A DNA stretch of 64,000 bases from Bryobacterales bacterium (GTDB lineage: Bacteria > Acidobacteriota > Terriglobia > Bryobacterales > Bryobacteraceae), in the NCBI GenBank assembly GCA_963767775.1, contig CAVYFI010000004.1, positions 153,006 to 217,005 of the forward strand, given 5' to 3'. Both the position numbers and the translations under genes were made by a program. Positions 1 through 11,132 of this stretch are shown here, piece after piece. Position 1 is the first letter of the stretch. Each line of letters begins with the position of its first letter. The notes under the pieces are model-generated. The model was not told the DNA's origin, made no database searches, and was given only the letters and a program-made list of their open reading frames with translations.

Positions 1-779
1 CGACAGCGCTGAAGTGCCGATTTCATTGGTTTACAAGAAGGGTTTCGAACGGAACGGCGCGAGTCCCCTGCTGCTCTACGGCTACGGGGCTTATGGACAC
101 AGTATTGATCCGCAGGTTTTCGTCGGATCGTCTGAGCCTGCTCGATCGCGGCTTTGTCTTTGCCATCGCGCACATTCGCGGCGGCGCCGAGCTGGGCGAG
201 GAGTGGCACGATCAAGGCAAGCTGCTTCAGAAGAAGAACACGTTCACGGATTTCATCGCTTGCGCTGAACATCTGCTTGCCGAGCGTTACACGTCAACCC
301 AACGACTCGCGATCATGGGTGGCAGCGCGGGCGGTTTACTCATGGGCGCGGTGTTGAACCTGCGTTCGGAGTTGTTTCATGCCGCCATCGCGAAGGTGCC
401 CTTCGTGGATGTCCTGAACACCATGCTCGACCCGTCGCTGCCTCTAACGATCGCCGAATACGAGGAGTGGGGCAACCCGGAACAAGAGGAGTTTTACCGC
501 TACATTCGGTCGTACTCGCCGTATGATAATGTCGAGCCGCGCGACTATCCGGCGATGCTGGTGACGGCTGGTCTCAATGATCCGCGCGTCTCCTATTGGG
601 AGCCCGCAAAATGGGTGGCCAAGCTGCGCGCCTTGAAAAAGGACGCGAATGTGCTGCTCCTGAAGACTAACATGGGCAGCGGGCATTTCGGCCCATCTGG
701 CCGGTACGAAGGAATCAGGGAAGTGGCATTCGACTATGCGTTCTTACTGCGCACGGTTGGCAAGAATCTTCAAGAATGA
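1..779 (+). CDS. S9-family serine peptidase (oligopeptidase B / prolyl-oligopeptidase type), C-terminal catalytic domain; 5' end outside window; one frame switch near 115
   Basis: ORF 14-268 reads [16 protein letters not shown], then the protein continues in ORF 93-779 as [33 protein letters not shown] nucleophile elbow (GxSxGG), plus LNDPRV and GSGHFG motifs of the S9 Ser-Asp-His region. Confidence 0.8.
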   Translation, partial: TALKCRFHWFTRRVSNGTARVPCCSTATGLMDTVLIRRFSSDRLSLLDRGFVFAIAHIRGGAELGEEWHDQGKLLQKKNTFTDFIACAEHLLAERYTSTQRLAIMGGSAGGLLMGAVLNLRSELFHAAIAKVPFVDVLNTMLDPSLPLTIAEYEEWGNPEQEEFYRYIRSYSPYDNVEPRDYPAMLVTAGLNDPRVSYWEPAKWVAKLRALKKDANVLLLKTNMGSGHFGPSGRYEGIREVAFDYAFLLRTVGKNLQE

Positions 780-795
780 TCGCCCGCGCAGCTCT

Positions 796-2004
796 TCAAT
801 CGTCAGCCCGGATGTGCCTGCTTCCTGCTCGTGAACGCGCCGCAATTGACGCCCCGCAGGAGAAAATTGAGCAGCCCCTGTCCGGTGGCCGCGTCATCGA
901 ACACGTCGCCCACCAGCGTGGCCTGCGCGGCTTTGTCGATGAAATTTCGCAGACGCGCCGCCGCCGGGTCCAAGCCTTGGAGAAAGAACGCGTATACCGC
1001 GGCATAGCGCGTTGGAAGCTGGCCCGGGATGCAAATCCCAGCCCTGGTAGTAGCCGTTGGCGAGCGATCGTTGCACCAGTTCGAAGTGATGCCGCATGGC
1101 CCGATGCACGATCTTGCGATTTTCGGCCTTGTGAGCGGCAGTCAACGAGCCGCCCGCGGCTACCCGATGGCGCGGGATCGGCAAGAATGGTGCTCGGGCC
1201 ATCGGAGAGACTTACTCCACGGCCGGCGGCGCTCACCTGCATAACGTTCCGCGCGAAGTCGCACGCCGGATGATCCAACCGCTGCTCGGCTGCTGCGATG
1301 TCGCAACTTGCGGCGTAGTCGTACGGGCCGAAGTGCAGCCCGCGGCATCGTCCAGCGCGCGGCTTCAAGCAGCCTCGGAATGCCAGAAGGCCCGTAAGTG
1401 TCGAAAATCGCCTGCGGAGTTTCAATCATCAACTCGATCTTCACCACGCCCGGCTGCAGTCCATGCCGCAATTCCAAGCGATCGAGCGTTCCACCAGTTC
1501 CGCTACTTGCTCCGGCACGCTGATCTTCGGAAGCGTGACTGCGAAATTGTCCGGCAACCGAATCGTCTCGTTGCACAGTACCTGGAAAAATAAGCTCGAG
1601 CGTGCGATGGCCCGCGCCCGCAGACAGCTACAGTGAAAGGCTTGATGCGAATCCGACGAATGGCGGAAAGCCCGGCTTCGACGCGCCAATGCTTAGGGCG
1701 TGCGCCGCGGATCTGCGCGTGCCCGTCTTCTTCGACGTCGGAGCGGTACCCGTAGCCGTCTTCGAAATCGATCCGAAAATCCTCGACCGGTTCTCGCTCC
1801 AGCTTTGCGACGGTACGATCAAACACGGAACTCGCGAACTCTGCCGCCCTCAAGCCCCAGGCACTTAGCGAAAGTTGCCGCGTCCGGCGTGTAATTGCGG
1901 ATTAACTCGAGCGCGTTCGCACCCAACCGCGCCGGCGTTTCGGCTCTTGAATAATTGCGCTCCGCCGTAAACTGTATGAACCGGTTGGCGCGCGGCCAAT
2001 TCAT
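796..2004 (-). CDS. HpcH/HpaI-aldolase / citrate-lyase-beta-like fold protein (DUF6986-like as far as I recognise it); frame broken at least 3 times; 3' end uncertain
   Basis: Co-linear minus-strand pieces: MNWPRANRFIQFTAERNY (1819-2004), EDFRIDFEDGYGYRSDVEED (1503-1853), VKIELMIETPQAIFD (1160-1576), NGYYQGWDLHP (894-1202). A further shifted frame reads on to a TAA at 744-746. Confidence 0.5.
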
Positions 2005-2019
2005 CCGGCGATTCGAAGT

Positions 2020-3483
2020 CTAGAACCACCGTGTCATGAGCACTTTTTGCTCGGTGTAGAACATCACGGCATCCTTGCCGTGCGCGTGCAAATCGCCAAA
2101 GAACGAATTCTTCCAGCCCGCGAAGGGGAAGAAAGCCATGGGCGCGGCCACGCCGACGTTGATTCCAACCATGCCGGCCTCTACACGCGCCGAATAGTCG
2201 CGCGCCGCCTTGCCACTGCTTGTAAAAATCGATGTCGCGTTGCCGAATGGCGAACGTGTTAACCAATGCGATGGCGTCATCCAGCGTCTTCACGCGAATC
2301 ACGAAAGCACCGGTCCGAAGATTTCGTCCCGCGCAATCGTCATCCCCGGCTGCACGTTGTCAAAAATCGTCGGCCCAAGGAAAAAGCCATCGCCATTCCC
2401 ATTGAGCGACCGCCCATCCAGCAGCGGCTTCGCGCCTTCTTCCACGCCCGTCTTGATGTAACCGGCCACGCGCTCCTTGTGCTCTTTCGTGACCAGCGGC
2501 CCCATGCCGACGCCTTCTTCGATGCCGTCGCCGATCCGAATCTCATTCACCTTCTCGACCAAAAGCTTCAGCAGCGGTTCGGCCGCATCGCCCACGGCCA
2601 CCAGCACGCTCCCGGCCAGGCAGCGCTCACCGGCCGCGCCAAACGCGGAGCTGATGATGTTCTCGACCGTCTTGGGCATGTGCGCATCCGGCATCACCAC
2701 CAGATGATTCTTCGCGCCGCCCAGCGCCTGCACTCGTTTTCCCTCGGCCGCCGCGGTTTTGTAAATGTATTTCGCGATAGGCGTAGAGCCGACGAACGAA
2801 ATCGCGCGCACCAGCGGATGATGCAATAGGGCGTCCACCGCCACCTTATCGCCGTGGATCAAATTGAAAACGCCGGGGGGCACGCCGGCCTCATCCAACA
2901 ACTTCGCGGCCAAGGTTGGGGTCATCGGAACCTTTTCGGATGGCTTCAGGATGAATGCATTTCCCGCCGCGATGGCGAACGGCCACATCCACATCGGCAC
3001 CATCGCCGGGAAGTTGAACGGCGTAATCCCAGCGCAGACCCCCAGCGGTTGTCGAATTGTATGGCTGTCGATGCCGCTCGACACATCGTTCAACGAATCG
3101 CCCATCATCAAGCTCGGCATGCCGCAAGCCACTTCCACCATCTGGATGCCGCGGCGAACTTCAGCGCGCGCATCGTCGATGGTCTTGCCGTTTTCCGTGG
3201 TCAGCGTGGCCGCCATCTCGTTCGCGTGCTTTTCGAGCAGCGTCTTGTAGCGATATAGCGGCTGCATCCGATCCACTACCGGTACGTCGCGCCATTTGAG
3301 ATACGCGGCGTGCGCGGCCTGCGCCACGCGATCCACATCCTCGGCAGTCGCGTAGGCCACTTGCGCGATCTCCGCGCCAGTCGCGGGATTGGTCACCGGC
3401 ATCAGTCGCCGGTTGCCGGCGCTTTCCCATTTGCCATTGATAAAGAAAGAGACAGTTTGGACGGACGGTTGGCTTGCGATCAT
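2020..3483 (-). CDS. mmsA: CoA-acylating methylmalonate-semialdehyde dehydrogenase (aldehyde dehydrogenase family); two compensating frame switches at ~2301 and ~2257
   Basis: [56 protein letters not shown] (catalytic Cys), C-terminus [26 protein letters not shown]. Pieces are 2299-3588, 1865-2302 ([14 protein letters not shown]) and 2020-2280. Confidence 0.85.
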
Positions 3484-3505
3484 CGGAGTGCTCTCTCCTA
3501 GGTTA

Positions 3506-4519
3506 CTATTGCGGTCGCGGACCGCGCTGGAACAGCTCCAGGAACAAATTGTTCGGGTCCCGCACCAGACAGAATTTCGACGTGCCATTCATCACGGGCT
3601 CGCCATTCTTCGATATGACGGTGACACCCGCGGCCTTCAGCGCTTTCACTGTGGCATCCACATCCCGAACGCCTACCTGAAGAATCGCCGTGCCAGGATC
3701 TTGCACTCGCGTGTGCAGCGGCTTGCGGTCGATATCTTTGAACTCCATGAAAGCCATCATGACGGAGGTACCCGGAATCAGCGCCGAGCTTCGGCGAAAC
3801 TGCGCGCCCGGTGTGCCGGCGGTGTCCATCATCAGCTTGGTGCCGTCCCAGGCCGTGGGCGCCTGGGTCTGAAATCCCAAGACGTCGCGATACAAGTGCA
3901 GCGTTTGATCCAAATCCGCGACGATGATCTCGAAAGCCCCGCCGATAATATTGCTGGTGGCGGGCGCTGTCGTCGCGGGCGCCGGATCGCGCTCGGAAAG
4001 TTCGATGAAGAAACCGTCGGGATCCTGCACGAACACCACCCGGCCGCGGCTGCCATTCGCACCCAAAATTGTCCCCGGCTCGCCGCCCTTGCTGTTGATG
4101 TGCGCGTGCGCCCCTTTCAGCTTGGCCATCACCGCGTCCATGTCGCGCACCGTGAGGATAAGGCTCGCCGCGCCTGGATCCTGGAACCGGGGATGAGCAG
4201 TCTCGCGATCGATGTCTTTGTAATCGATTAACTCGACGCCCAGCTTCGATCCGGGGATTCGCAGAATCGCGGGCCGCGACTGCGCGCGCGGGGTGTTTCC
4301 CATGTCGATAATCCACTGCGTACTGTCGAATGCCCGCGGTGGATTCGGCATCTCCAGGCCCAGCACGTCGCGATAGAACTCCACCGATTTCTCCACATTG
4401 GCGACGATGTGGCTGAATCCGCCCACACCCACTACGACGCCTGGATCGGCGGTGGTCTGCGCCAAAGCGCCGGAGAAGGCTCCTGCAAGAATCAGAAGGA
4501 CTGCGGCAACGCGTCTCAT
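3506..4519 (-). CDS. secreted tandem VOC-family (glyoxalase / bleomycin-resistance / dioxygenase fold) protein
   Basis: Intact ORF. Signal-peptide-like MRRVAAVLLILAGAFSGALAQ. Two repeats of the VOC pattern (GFSHIVANVEKSVEFYRDVLGL ... VQDPDGFFIEL; GAFEIIVADLDQTLHLYRDVLGF ... VRDPNNLFLEL). Confidence 0.7.
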   Translation of the reverse strand: MRRVAAVLLILAGAFSGALAQTTADPGVVVGVGGFSHIVANVEKSVEFYRDVLGLEMPNPPRAFDSTQWIIDMGNTPRAQSRPAILRIPGSKLGVELIDYKDIDRETAHPRFQDPGAASLILTVRDMDAVMAKLKGAHAHINSKGGEPGTILGANGSRGRVVFVQDPDGFFIELSERDPAPATTAPATSNIIGGAFEIIVADLDQTLHLYRDVLGFQTQAPTAWDGTKLMMDTAGTPGAQFRRSSALIPGTSVMMAFMEFKDIDRKPLHTRVQDPGTAILQVGVRDVDATVKALKAAGVTVISKNGEPVMNGTSKFCLVRDPNNLFLELFQRGPRPQ

Positions 4520-4549
4520 AGTTTCGTTATGATACACTGCCGCGCAGAC

Positions 4550-6319
4550 ATGCGTTTAGTCCTTCTTTTCTCCCTGGCCATCTCCGACTTCGCGGCCACG
4601 CCCGACGGCGCCGCGATTTTCGAGAAGCATTGCGCCGCTTGCCATCAAACAGAAACGGGCTCGCGCACGCCCACTCGCGCCGAGCTCGCCAGTCTCACCC
4701 CCGAGCAAGTGATGAACGCCCTGCTCCGTGGAAAAATGACCATCCAAGGCACTGCCCTGGCCACCAGCGAAGTTCGCGCCGTCTCGCTCTACGTCACCGG
4801 CAAGAACTGGTCCACGCCACAGGTGGACGCCGCCGCCGGCCGCTGTTCCGGCAATCCCAAGCCGTTTTCTCCGGGCTCAGGCGACTGGAACGGATGGGGC
4901 GTCGACTCTTCCAACGCGCGCTTTCAACCGCACCCCGGCTTCCAAGCAGCGGATGCGCCCCGCCTCAAACTCAAATGGGCCTTTGGATTCCCTGACGACT
5001 CACAAGCCGCCGGACAAGCCGTCGTCGTGAGCGGCCGCGTGTTCGTTGGAAGCAACGGCGGAGTCGTTTATTCCCTGGATGCTTCCACCGGCTGCGTCTA
5101 CTGGAGTTATGACGCGGGCGCCATCGTCCGCTCCGCCATCAGCATCGTCAAATCTCCGAAGTCTTCCCGCTGGATCGCATATTTCGGCGACCAGCACGCC
5201 TTCGCTCACGCCGTGGATGCGGAAACGGGAAAGCCGCTGTGGAAGGTGAAGGTGGACGATCATCCCGCCGCGCGCGTCACCGGCTCACTCGCCTATTTCG
5301 ACGGACGGCTGTATGTTCCCATGGCCTCCTCCGAAGAGCTGGCGGGCGGATCGCCGCAGTATGAGTGCTGCACGTTTCGCGGCAGCTTGAACGCCCTGGA
5401 CGCCGAGACCGGCCGCATCATATGGAAGACCTACTCGATTCCCGATCCGCCAAAAGTCTATAAGACCAACTCGGCCGGCACCAAGCTCTACGGTCCCGCG
5501 GGCGGGGGCATCTGGTCGACGCCCACCATCGACGCGAAGCGCAAGCGCGTCTACATCGGCACTGGCAATTCCTACACCGGTATCAGCATTCCAACCAGCG
5601 ACTCCATCGTCGCCTTCGATCTCGCGACTGGCAGCATGCTCTGGGCGAACCAGGTGACGCCGGGCGACAACTGGATGCTCGGCTGCCCCAAGGGCCCGAA
5701 TTGCCCCGACGATCCAGGCGAGGACATTGACTTCGGCAGCGCCTCCATATTGCGTTCACTCCCCGGCGGGAAACAGATCCTGGTGGCGACGCAAAAATCA
5801 GGCGTCATCTACGGATTGGATCCCGATCAGCGCGGCAAAGTGTTATGGAAGACACGCCTCGGTGTGGGGGGCGGGCAGGGCGGTATTCAGTGGGGCGCGG
5901 CTCTGGACGACCATATCGCCTATACCGCCGTTTCCGACCTCAACAAGCGCGACAAAGGCACGCCCGGAATGTATGCCATCAAGATCGACACCGGCGAAAA
6001 ACTTTGGAGCACTCCCGCTCCCGACGGCGCGGGCAACAAAGCGCAAGTTTCGGCGGTGTCCGCCATGCCGGGTTTAGCTTTCTCCGGATCCTGGGGCGGC
6101 CATTTGCGCGCCTACTCCACAAAAACCGGCGAAATAGTTTGGGACTTCGACGCTGTGCGCGATTTCGACACCGTCAATCATGTGCCGGCCCAAGGCGGCT
6201 CGTTCAACGGCGGCGGAGTGGCCATCGCCAACGGCATGGTGATCACCACTTGCGGCTATGGATTCGTTGGGGGAAAGCCCGGCAACGTGCTGCTCGCGTT
6301 TTCAGTCGACGGCAAATAA
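4550..6319 (+). CDS. quinohemoprotein-type dehydrogenase: N-terminal c-type cytochrome domain fused to a PQQ-like beta-propeller (polyvinyl-alcohol-dehydrogenase-like architecture)
   Basis: Intact 589-aa ORF from ATG 4550. Signal peptide MRLVLLFSLAISDFAA. CAACH (CxxCH heme c site) near the N-terminus. Repeated propeller strands of the type VYSLDASTGCVYWSY, AVDAETGKPLWKV, LNALDAETGRIIWKT, AFDLATGSMLWAN, AIKIDTGEKLWST. Confidence 0.75.
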   Translation: MRLVLLFSLAISDFAATPDGAAIFEKHCAACHQTETGSRTPTRAELASLTPEQVMNALLRGKMTIQGTALATSEVRAVSLYVTGKNWSTPQVDAAAGRCSGNPKPFSPGSGDWNGWGVDSSNARFQPHPGFQAADAPRLKLKWAFGFPDDSQAAGQAVVVSGRVFVGSNGGVVYSLDASTGCVYWSYDAGAIVRSAISIVKSPKSSRWIAYFGDQHAFAHAVDAETGKPLWKVKVDDHPAARVTGSLAYFDGRLYVPMASSEELAGGSPQYECCTFRGSLNALDAETGRIIWKTYSIPDPPKVYKTNSAGTKLYGPAGGGIWSTPTIDAKRKRVYIGTGNSYTGISIPTSDSIVAFDLATGSMLWANQVTPGDNWMLGCPKGPNCPDDPGEDIDFGSASILRSLPGGKQILVATQKSGVIYGLDPDQRGKVLWKTRLGVGGGQGGIQWGAALDDHIAYTAVSDLNKRDKGTPGMYAIKIDTGEKLWSTPAPDGAGNKAQVSAVSAMPGLAFSGSWGGHLRAYSTKTGEIVWDFDAVRDFDTVNHVPAQGGSFNGGGVAIANGMVITTCGYGFVGGKPGNVLLAFSVDGK

Positions 6320-6330
6320 CCAAACGTGGG

Positions 6331-6366
6331 GCGGACGCCCCGTCCGCGCCGAACCCCCTGGTTCGG
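6331..6366. repeat. pair of GC-rich REP-like stem-loops directly after the dehydrogenase stop codon
   Basis: gcggacg-ccc-cgtccgc (7-bp stem, 6331-6347) followed by ccgaacc-ccct-ggttcgg (7-bp stem, 6349-6366). The first hairpin core recurs at 34041-34060 and as the palindrome gtccgcagcggac at 18507-18519. Confidence 0.6.
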
Positions 6367-6380
6367 TCTATCCCTTCGGC

Positions 6381-7329
6381 ATGAAGATTGTCGCGGCATA
6401 CTGGAGAAGCATGCGATACCCGCCGCCGAAATCTCCCCTTCGTTGGCACGCCTCCGTTCTCGTTCAGGAAACGTTTGCCCACTGGTCCAGCGACAATGCG
6501 ACACGCCTGGCCGCTTCGCTCGCTTATTATTCGGTCCTTGCCACCGCCCCGCTGCTTGTGATTTCAGTGGCCGTCGCCGAACTCGTCTTCGGACAAAAGC
6601 CGTGCGAGGGCCAGCTTGCGTGGGAAATTCAGGATTTTGTCGGCGGAAATGCCTCACAAGCGATCCAGGCCGCGATTCAGGCGCTCCCATAAACCAGCCA
6701 CTGGAGCTATTGCAACCACCCTCAGTATCGCCACTCTCATAGTGGGAGCCTCGTCAGTGATCGTGGAGCTTCACGACGCGCTCAACTTCATCTGGGACGT
6801 GAAGACGCCCCGGGAAAGCACCTGGCGCGACGATATGCTCGGCTTAGTGAAGGAGCGCTTCTTCTCGTCCTTGATCGTCATCGGGGCCGGATCTCTGCTG
6901 TTAATCTCGCTCCTGCTCAGCACTCTCCATCACCGCCCTTGAAAAATTTTTTCTGCCGCTGTTGCCCACCTCCGAATGGTTGCTGCATTCGGCCGAATTC
7001 ATAGCCTCGTTCGTTGTCGTAACGCTGCTTGTTCGCGACGATATACAAACTGATCCCCGATGTCCGGCTAAACTGGGGCGACGTGGCCATCGGAGCCTCT
7101 GTCACGTCGCTGCTCTTCACCGTCGGAAAACAATTGATCGCTCTCTACCTGGTGACGGGTCGGTTTTGAATCCACCTATGGCGCCGCGTGGGCCGTGGTA
7201 CTGCTTCTCGTGTGGGTCTACTATTCGGCGCAGCTCTTCTTCCTGGGCGCTGAATTCACCAAAGTCTACACGCGCCGCTACGGTTCGCACGGACCGGCGG
7301 CCTTCCCCCCGTTGCCGGACGATCAATAA
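6381..7329 (+). CDS. YihY/BrkB-family inner-membrane protein; at least 3 frame switches
   Basis: LAASLAYYSVLATAPLLVIS (6258-6692) and IATLIVGASSVIVELHDALNFIWDV (6616-6942). My own translation of shifted frames gives FATIYKLIPDVRLNWGDVAIGASVTSLLFTVGKQLIALYL and STYGAAWAVVLLLVWVYYSAQLFFLGAEFTKVY, ending at TAA 7327-7329. Confidence 0.7.
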
Positions 7330-7365
7330 GAGTTGTCCGATAATTAATAAGAGCTGCCCATAATC
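7325..7365 (+). repeat. AT-rich tandem direct repeat (2 units of ~20 nt) between yihY stop and bamA start
   Basis: aataagagttgtccgataatt (7325-7345) and aataagagctgcccataatc (7346-7365). 16 identical positions allowing one gap. Confidence 0.6.
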
Positions 7366-7427
7366 AACAAGACAAGTGTCATCTTGCCTGCGCGCGTAAC
7401 GAAAATACCGAACAAGGGTCCAACTTA

Positions 7428-10400
7428 ATGTGGCATATGCTTGGACCGTTCGCGAGGCCGGCGTGCGTCCTGGCATTCCTCGGCGTCTTCCGCGCCGGCG
7501 CACAACCTCTCCGTTATGAGGGCAAGCCCATCGTCGAAATCCAGTTTCCCAACGGCCAGCCGCTCGATCCGGCCGATTTGGCTCGCGTCCAGCCCCTTAA
7601 ACCTGGCGAGCCATTGCACTCCGAAGATATTGCTCATGCCATCGATGGACTGTTCGGCACCGGAGATTTTCCGGACATCGTCGTAGAAGCCCAACCTTCC
7701 GGCAACGGTGTCATCGTGCGCTTCGTCACAACCAATGCCTGGTTCCTGGGCGGAGTAACTGTGCAAGGGAGAGTGATCGAATCGCCCAACCGGGCTCAGA
7801 TCGAAGGCGCGGGCCAGTTCTCGCTTGGGAACGCCTTTCCACGAAGCCGACGTGACCAGACGCCGTTGACAGCATGCGCCGCCTGCTCGATTCCAATGGA
7901 CTGTACGAAGCGAAATCACGCCCTCCGTTGAGCACGATAACAATTCCCAGCTGGTCTTCCTCACCTTCCGCGTCCACACCGGAAAACGCGCCAAATATGA
8001 AATGCCAGCCATTACCGGCGTCACCAAACTCCCCGACTCCACCATCCTTCGAGCCACCGGTTGGAGGCTTCCCGTCATACACTGGTGGCGCCACGTCACC
8101 AGCGCTCGCACGCGCTCGGCGGCGTACAGGACGTGTTAAACAAGTACGGAAGCAAGGATCGTTTGCTCGCGCAGCGTCGAACTCAAGAAATTGGACTATG
8201 ATGCGCAACGCCGCCGGGTGCGCGCCAACATGGACATCGATGCCGGTCCAAAAGTCAAGGTGACCTCAGTGGAAACCAAGGTCTCTCACCGCGTCCTCAA
8301 AAGATACGTGCCGGTATTACAGGAACACACCGTCGACGATGATCTTCTCAACACCGGCAAGCTCAATTTGCGCGAATATTTTCAGAGCCAGGGTTACTAC
8401 GACGCCAGCGTCGATTTCGTCGTTCAGCCGGTTCAAAACGATGTCGAGACCATCCAGTACGTCATTTCTCGAGGCATGCGCTACAAGTTAGTGCGAGTGA
8501 TCATCACTGGCAATCGTTATTTCGATAGCCGAATCCATTCGCGAGCGGATGTTCATGCAACCCTCCGGTTTCCTGATCCTGCGCCACGGCCGCTATAGCG
8601 AAGCCTTCCAGCGCAAGGATGAAGAGAATATCGCCAATTTATACAGCGCCAACGGATTTCGCGAAGCGAAAGTTACTTCCAGCCTGGCGCCTGAAACCCG
8701 AGGCAAGCCGGGGAACATCACCGTCACGCTGCATATTGATGAAGGGCGCGCAATGGTTGGTTGACGATTTCGCGATCCACGGCGTCACCGCAGTTCAAAC
8801 TCGCGGATCTTCCCGATCCGGCCTCCGCCGCCGGCCAGCCTTTCTCGGAAGTGAACATCGCCAACGATCGCGACTCTTTTCTGACTTATTATTACACGCA
8901 TGGTTTTCCCAAGGCCGACTTTCGAGGCCGCCTGGCAACAAATTACTCCTGGACACGTTCGCGTTGTGTACACCATTACAGAAGGCGGTCGCGAGTTCGT
9001 CCGAGATATTCTTATCTCGGGACTTCGAACCACGCGCCAGTCGCTGGTCATGCCGAAAATCACGCTGAAACCCGGCGATCCGTTGTCGCCGGTGGCGCAA
9101 ACAAACATTCAAGAGTCGCTCTATGACTTAGGTGTTTTCGCCGCTGTGGAAACTGCCATTGAAAATCCCGACGGCGATACCAGCCACAAGAACGTGATCT
9201 ATCATTTCCAGGAAGCCAACCGCTACACCATCTCCGTCGGCTTCGGAGCCCAAGTGGCGCAATTTCGGCACGCCCAACAGCACCAGCCTTGCGGTCGCCT
9301 GGAGGAACCTTCAGCTTCAGCCCCTAGGGATCACTCACGCGTCAGCCGCCTGAACTTCCTTGGATTGGGCCATACAGTCAGCTGTCCAGGGCGTGTATTC
9401 TTCCATCGAGCAGCGCGCTTCGCTCAGTTACTTGCAGCCGCACCTGGGCGGTGTCGATGGCCGTAACCTCACTTACTCGGTGTTATACGACAAGACGCTC
9501 GATGTCCGCACTTTCGCTGCGAAGCGCGAGGAAGCTCCGTCCAACTTTCGCAGAAGTTCGCGAAAGCCTGACCGGTCAGTTCCAGTTTGCCTATCGGAAC
9601 GTTAGCGTGAGCGACATCGTTATTCCGGTGCTGCTCATTCCCCAATTCTTGCAATCGGTGCGGATTGGAATGTTGTCGGTCAATCTCGTGCAGGATCGCC
9701 GCGACAATCCAATCAATCCGCGCCACGGCATGTACAACACCATGATTCTCGGCGTCAGCACCAAATACTTCGGGTCCCAGCGCAGCTTCGCTCGCGCATT
9801 GTTGCGAAACGCGACTTATTATTCTTTAGGCAAGAATTGGGTGCTGGCACGCCAAACCCAATTTGGAGTGATCGTTCCCTTCTCGGCGCCGGCCGGGATT
9901 GATGCCCAGGAATCCGTCCCGCTGCCCGAACGCTTCTATGCCGGCGGAGGTGACTCATCTGCGCGCGTTCCCTTTCAATCAGGCCGGGCCCCGCGATACA
10001 GGCGCGCCGCTGGTCCCAGGCGGACCTTCTTCGGAAGCCACTGGTTTCCCGCTCGGGGGCAACGCGCTGTTCATCAACAATGTCGAGCTGCGTTTTCCGT
10101 TTATCGGCCAAAATATTCAGGGCGTGATTTTTCACGACATGGGAAACGTCTATTCGAGCCTGGGCGATGTTTCTTTCCGCTTCCATCAAAACAATCCGCA
10201 GGACTTCAACTACATGGTCCATGCCGTCGGTTTCGGAATTCGCTATCGCACGCCGGTGGGTCCCATCCGCGCGGATTTCGCTTATAGCATCAATCCGCCC
10301 TCACTACATCGGATTCTCCGGCACGCCCGCTGAGTTACTGAATTGCAATCCAAACATGCCTATATCGCAGTTGCCCGCCTACTGCCAAAGCCCTCGCCGC

Positions 10401-10450
10401 AGAACATAAGCCATTTCCAATTCTTTTTTTCGATCGGGCAGACGTTCTAA
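7428..10450 (+). CDS. bamA: Omp85-family outer-membrane protein assembly factor (BamA-like, POTRA repeats plus beta-barrel); many frame switches
   Basis: N-terminal signal and POTRA-like text (IVEIQFPNGQPLDPADLARVQPLKPGEPL, 7428-7931). More POTRA text follows (VKVTSVETKVSHRVLKRYVPVLQE ... YYDASVDFVV, 8191-8598). Barrel motifs are ERFYAGGG, GGNALFINNVELRFP, VGFGIRYRTPVGPIRADFAY (9899-10333). The final shifted frame ends ISHFQFFFSIGQTF-TAA (10448-10450), a typical Omp85 C-terminal Phe. Confidence 0.8.
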
Positions 10451-10470
10451 GATGCGCGGCCTTGCTAGCT

Positions 10471-11111
10471 ATGCTCGCTGTCTTGATGCCGGTTTCTCTA
10501 GACGCTCGCGGGCGCGGTGATTCTGGATCGCATTGCGGTAATCGCGGGAACCCACGTCATCAAAGCCAGTGACATTGATCGCGACATCCGCCTCACTGAG
10601 TTCCTCAACCGCGAGCCGCTCAAGATCACCCCCGCCACCAAGCGCGAAGCCGCCGAGCGATTGATCACCCAGGAGATCATTCGCCAGGAAATAATCAGCG
10701 GCGCGTTACCAGCCGTCCTCCGGAAGCGGAGGGCCGCCGCGCTCGAAGCTCAACTCCACCGCGACCGATTCGGCAATTCCGAGCCAACGCATGCACGAAG
10801 AGTTCCAGCAATATGGCTTAACCGAGAGCGAGCTGCGAGAGCGATTGCTGTGGCAGACTACCGTGCTGCAGTTCATCAACCAGCGCTTTCGGGTGGGTGT
10901 AGTGGTCACCGACGAAGACATCCGGAATTATTACGATCAACACGCCGCCGAACTGCGGAAGCAACAGCCCAGTGCGGTCGCCCTGGAAGCACTGGCGCCC
11001 AAGATCAAGGAGGTGATCGAAGCCGAGCGCATCAATAAGAATTTTAACGAGTGGCTGGATCAAACTCGGCACGGCTATCGAGTGGAGTACAAGCAGGAGG
11101 CATTCCAATGA
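10471..11111 (+). CDS. SurA-N-terminal-domain-like periplasmic chaperone; 2 frame switches; start uncertain (ATG 10452 or 10471)
   Basis: ILDRIAVIAGTHVIKASDIDRDIRLTEFL...AERLITQEIIRQE (10517-11038) continues in another frame as YGLTESELRERLLWQTTVLQFINQRF...IRNYYDQH...FNEWLDQTR (10791-11111). Sits between bamA and tamB. Confidence 0.5.
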
Positions 11112-11132
11112 GGTACTCAGAATGAAGCGGCC

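Noticed and set aside
3389-4231. 280-aa + strand ORF, plus similar long alternative-frame ORFs at 20934-21653, 29582-30662, 36604-37601, 37946-38998 and 43117-44217
   Set aside because: Each overlaps a gene with clear family motifs on the other strand or frame. Part of 43117-44217 is genuinely cysW in a shifted frame, and the rest is read-through. Not independent genes.
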